From an uncultured Verrucomicrobiae bacterium (GTDB taxonomy: Bacteria > Chlamydiota > Chlamydiia > Chlamydiales > Rhabdochlamydiaceae): a stretch of 64,000 bases of DNA. Under the pieces are notes generated by a model. It saw only the letters and a program-made list of their open reading frames with translations, was not told the origin of the DNA and did not search any database. Both the position numbers and the translations under genes were made by a program. Shown piece by piece: positions 60,674 to 64,000 of the stretch. Each line of letters begins with the position of its first letter. The stretch's first letter is position 1. The DNA is taken from positions 1-64,000 of the forward strand of contig CAWDYW010000003.1 in the NCBI GenBank assembly GCA_963806855.1, given 5' to 3'.

Positions 60674-60874
60674 CGAAAGCTCTCGCGGTAAACATGTATC
60701 CGAATGCATACAACATAACATGAGCTAGTTAGACAAAGCAAACATCGAGTGCAAAAGCCTATTGACTCTACACACGCATAACGAGTATTATGCATCCCAA
60801 ATTTGAGTTTCGCTTAGCAATCTAACATTTCTCACTTCTTTTAGTTCGGGCACATTTAACTATTTGGTAATTTT

Positions 60875-61633
60875 ATGAATCAACCACTGATCCAAGTTCA
60901 GTCAGTAAAAAAGACATATCGAGACGGGAGTCATACTAAAGAAGCCCTAAAAGGGGTCTCTCTCGATATCCGCGAAGGCGAAATTTTGGGGCTCCTCGGT
61001 GTGAATGGCGCCGGGAAAACGACCTTGTCCACAATCTTAGCTGGGCTGCATCCATGCAATAGTGGGGATGTCCTCTACAAGGACAAGTCCATTTATGAGG
61101 ATATTGTTTCCTACCGAAAGATTGTGGGATTCTGTCCTCAAAAACCGAATCTTGACCTCGCACTCACCCTCGAGGAGAATCTCATTTTCGCTGGACGTTA
61201 TCATCTTATGTCTGCTGAGGATATCAAGTCTCAAATTGAGAGCTTGATGGATCAATTCCACTTGCGAGAATATGCGAAGTCTAAAGCCTCTGTTTTATCA
61301 GGGGGGTATAAACAACGATTTCTGATCGCGAGAACGCTGATTCATCGACCGAAGTTGATTATCCTAGATGAGCCAACGGTTGGGCTGGATCCACATATCC
61401 GGCATCAACTCTGGGAGCAGATCATGGACCTTAAGAAAAGCGGAGCATCGGTGCTTCTGACAACCCATTATCTTGATGAAGCTGAGCATTTATCCGATCG
61501 TGTCTGCATCATCGATGCCGGATCTGTCAAAACCATTGATACCCCCCAAAATCTAATGGAGCTTCATCAGAAGGGTCGATTGGAAGATGTATTCTTAAAG
61601 CTAATGAAGGAATCAGATTATGTGGAACAATAA
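60875..61633 (+). CDS. ABC-2 type transporter ATP-binding protein
   Basis: GVNGAGKT, LSGG, ILDEPT, TTHY. Confidence 0.95.
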   Translation: MNQPLIQVQSVKKTYRDGSHTKEALKGVSLDIREGEILGLLGVNGAGKTTLSTILAGLHPCNSGDVLYKDKSIYEDIVSYRKIVGFCPQKPNLDLALTLEENLIFAGRYHLMSAEDIKSQIESLMDQFHLREYAKSKASVLSGGYKQRFLIARTLIHRPKLIILDEPTVGLDPHIRHQLWEQIMDLKKSGASVLLTTHYLDEAEHLSDRVCIIDAGSVKTIDTPQNLMELHQKGRLEDVFLKLMKESDYVEQ

Positions 61634-62423
61634 TGCTATTATAAAGAGCTATCTGAAAACAGTTTATTATTTAATTCGGCGAGATTTGCGAATCTTTAAA
61701 GAAGAATTTTGGGGTAAGCTCATCGACACCTCCCTTCTTCTTTTTACGACGGTGGTGATCTTTGGTTATTGTCTTCCTGCTTACGGTCTTAAAACTGACT
61801 ACGGTCCATTTCTCCTCATTGGCGTCATTGCTGGGTTTGGATTTTTTGAAGTGATAGGAAAGGTGGGTTTAATGATCGCCGATCTGGAAGGGGATCGGAC
61901 TATTCTCTACACTCTCACACTCCCGATTCCTTCGTGGCTTGTCTTTGTTTATATCGCTGTTTCATGGGCAATTCTCTCTTCGATCATGAGCATCCTGATG
62001 TTCCCCTTGGGCAAATTGCTCCTGTTTTCGAAATTTGACCTCGCTAAAATCAACCTGTTCAAGCTCCCGCTTATTTTCATCATGACCAACCTCTTTTTCG
62101 GATTTTTCGCCCTTTGGCTCGTGGCCATTTTGAAAAAAATGAGCAATCTTTCCCATCTTTTCGTGCGCATCATCAATCCGATGTATAGCTTCGGAGGTTG
62201 GTGGTATTCCTGGGCTGCCATTTATGCGATTTCTCCTATCCTTGGATACCTGCACCTTGTCAACCCACTTCTGTACGTCATGGAAGGAATGCGAGCTGCA
62301 ACTCTGGGCCAAGAAGGGTATTTACCTTTCTGGTATAGCTTAGCCGGACTCACCTTCTTTACTATAGGGTTCGCATGGGATGCCATTCGACGACTACAAA
62401 AAAGACTTGATTGCGTTACATAA
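61620..62423 (+). CDS. ABC-2 type transporter permease
   Basis: Multiple TM segments and NPLLYVMEGMR motif; overlaps the ATPase stop. Confidence 0.9.
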   Translation: MWNNNAIIKSYLKTVYYLIRRDLRIFKEEFWGKLIDTSLLLFTTVVIFGYCLPAYGLKTDYGPFLLIGVIAGFGFFEVIGKVGLMIADLEGDRTILYTLTLPIPSWLVFVYIAVSWAILSSIMSILMFPLGKLLLFSKFDLAKINLFKLPLIFIMTNLFFGFFALWLVAILKKMSNLSHLFVRIINPMYSFGGWWYSWAAIYAISPILGYLHLVNPLLYVMEGMRAATLGQEGYLPFWYSLAGLTFFTIGFAWDAIRRLQKRLDCVT

Positions 62424-62435
62424 AAAAGCTGCGAG

Positions 62436-63419
62436 ATGAAGAATATGAAGGAAGAAGATTTGATCGATATTGATCTTAAAATGTTCACCAGTGCTCAAGC
62501 AATGCTCCAAAAAAGAGGGTTAAGAACACCTCTGCTTGCCTTTGATGCGAAGACTCCACAAGGCAATTCGATTTTATTAAAAGCAGAGAATGTGCAGCCT
62601 AGCGGTTCTTTTAAGATTCGTGGTGCTATGTATTGTCTTTCTCTTTTATCGGATGAACAAAAAGCAGCCGGTGTTATCGCCTACTCAACAGGCAATCATG
62701 CTCAATCTGTCGCTTTAGCAGCTAAATTGTTGGGCATTAAAGCTACAGTTGTAATGTCGCCAGAAGCTCCTCAATTCAAAGTCGATGCTACTCGAGGATT
62801 CGGCGCTACTGTAGTAATGTCTGAGCCTTCCTCACAAGCGCGCCGGAAATTAGCAGAAGAATTAGCTAAATCACATGGACACTATTTAGTTCCTCCATAC
62901 GATCATGCTGATGTCATCATAGGACAAGGTACTATCGGCATTGAGATAATGCAGGATGTAAATCCTGGTGCTGTATTTGTGCCTATCGGTGGTGGAGGTC
63001 TGATTTCTGGAATTGCCATAGCCATTAAAAAGACTAATCCTTTAGTCAAAATTATTGGTGTGGAGCCGGAGCTTGAAAATGATACATTCCTATCTTTTAA
63101 ATCTGGAAAGCGAGAAAGCCTAAGCGGTCCAAGTAGCAGTATTGCTGATGCAATTAAAGTTCAAACACTTGGCGATATCACCTATCCTCTTATTTCCCAC
63201 TATGTGGATGATGTGGTACAGGTAAGTGAAGAGCAGATTATCGAAGCGACGCTAATGCATGCAGAGAAAGCACATTTAATTGTAGAACCATCGGGGGCTC
63301 TTGCTCTAGCTGCTGCTTTGGTTTATAAAGGTACATTAAAGCAGGATGCTCCTATCATTTGTATTGCAAGCGGTGGCAACATCCTTCTTTCCTCACTTTG
63401 CCGCTTTAAAAAATTGTAG
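62436..63419 (+). CDS. PLP-dependent threonine/serine dehydratase (no regulatory domain)
   Basis: KAENVQPSGSFKIRGA, STGNHAQ, PIGGGGL, EPSGA, SGGN. Confidence 0.92.
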   Translation: MKNMKEEDLIDIDLKMFTSAQAMLQKRGLRTPLLAFDAKTPQGNSILLKAENVQPSGSFKIRGAMYCLSLLSDEQKAAGVIAYSTGNHAQSVALAAKLLGIKATVVMSPEAPQFKVDATRGFGATVVMSEPSSQARRKLAEELAKSHGHYLVPPYDHADVIIGQGTIGIEIMQDVNPGAVFVPIGGGGLISGIAIAIKKTNPLVKIIGVEPELENDTFLSFKSGKRESLSGPSSSIADAIKVQTLGDITYPLISHYVDDVVQVSEEQIIEATLMHAEKAHLIVEPSGALALAAALVYKGTLKQDAPIICIASGGNILLSSLCRFKKL

Positions 63420-63482
63420 TGATTCGCATTATCGGCTTTTGGCATCGTCGGCTTGGCGTCCAAATAGGCTGCAAATGAGGAG

Positions 63483-63689
63483 TTAGGCCCTAGAGTCTGG
63501 GCCTAAGCTAAGTCCTTCAATGTGATCCGTAAAGTTTCTCATCAATTCAAAAAATCTCATCTTCATGCTTTGGTCCCTTGCTTTGGGATTCACAATCAGC
63601 TTAAATACATAGGACATGCGCCAGGTTTTGACATCGGAAGGGATTTTTGATTCCTCGATGCTGTGAAGGATATCTCCCTCGGAAAAACA
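63483..63689 (-). pseudogene. Possible 5'-truncated gene remnant abutting the family D repeat
   Basis: 68-codon stop-free frame (CFSEGDILHSIEESKIPSDVKTWRMSYVFKLIVNP...) beginning at the repeat boundary; could be chance. Confidence 0.3.
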
Positions 63690-63691
63690 GC

Positions 63692-63751
63692 TGAACCGCG
63701 AGAGCTTTCGCGTGGGTCCAAATTCACACTTTTGGGCGAGTCGGGGTATAT
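63692..63751. repeat. Family D repeat, right copy
   Basis: tgaaccgcgagagctttcgcgtgggtccaaattcacacttttgggcgagtcggggtatat. Confidence 0.85.
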
Positions 63752-63787
63752 TTCGAATGAAGGTCTTCTGTAAAACAACGAGGCCTG

Positions 63788-64000
63788 CTAGTTGAGGGTG
63801 TTAATAATTGCATTTAATTGCGCGGATGAGACGACGGCGCCAAAAAATTCGACATATTGGTTTGCCGGCTGATCATTGCGTGAGTCGTACCAGGTTATAA
63901 GTAGATCTCCTGTGCCTGGATCGAGAGTCATGCTTGCCTGAAATGAGTTTCCAAGAGGATTGTCTTTGATAAAATAGGGAGCAGACCAAGTCACGCCAGC
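63788..64000 (-). CDS. C-terminal end of a sialidase/BNR-like beta-propeller protein (enters from the right edge)
   Basis: AGVTWSAP Asp-box-like segment and LLITWYDSRND; frame open to the window end. Confidence 0.55.
   Translation of the reverse strand, partial: AGVTWSAPYFIKDNPLGNSFQASMTLDPGTGDLLITWYDSRNDQPANQYVEFFGAVVSSAQLNAIINTLN

Overview
Chromosomal segment of an environmental (non-Chlamydiaceae) member of the Chlamydiota. The assignment rests on euo, fused secDF, two Npt/Tlc nucleotide transporters, uhpC, mip, tsp and gene orders typical of chlamydiae (rho-coaE-polA-sohB-pgsA-npt; gltX/euo/recJ/secDF/uppS/cdsA/cmk/plsC; trxA-trmL-mip...hisS-uhpC). Most of the window is housekeeping genes plus one tRNA-Leu(CAG). 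The best candidate for a new system is a compact three-gene RiPP locus at the argS/murA junction (20911-22449). It encodes a Sec-signal precursor ending EGKCGEGKCS, a DUF692/MNIO iron enzyme and a DUF2063 partner, resembling the Hvf/oxazolin and bufferin metal-binding peptide loci. Other accessory features are a Gly-rich Pmp-like autotransporter, a LysR regulator divergent from a second nucleotide transporter, and several effector-like orphans. There are also three sequence-unrelated palindromic elements of about 160-167 bp with solo-arm remnants, a 3.3-kb segment bounded by a fourth repeat family, and a long hairpin upstream of euo. rho and a dicarboxylate-symporter/binding-protein fusion carry clustered frameshifts that may be assembly errors. 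All calls come from motif reading of the sequence; no database searches or folding programs were run.
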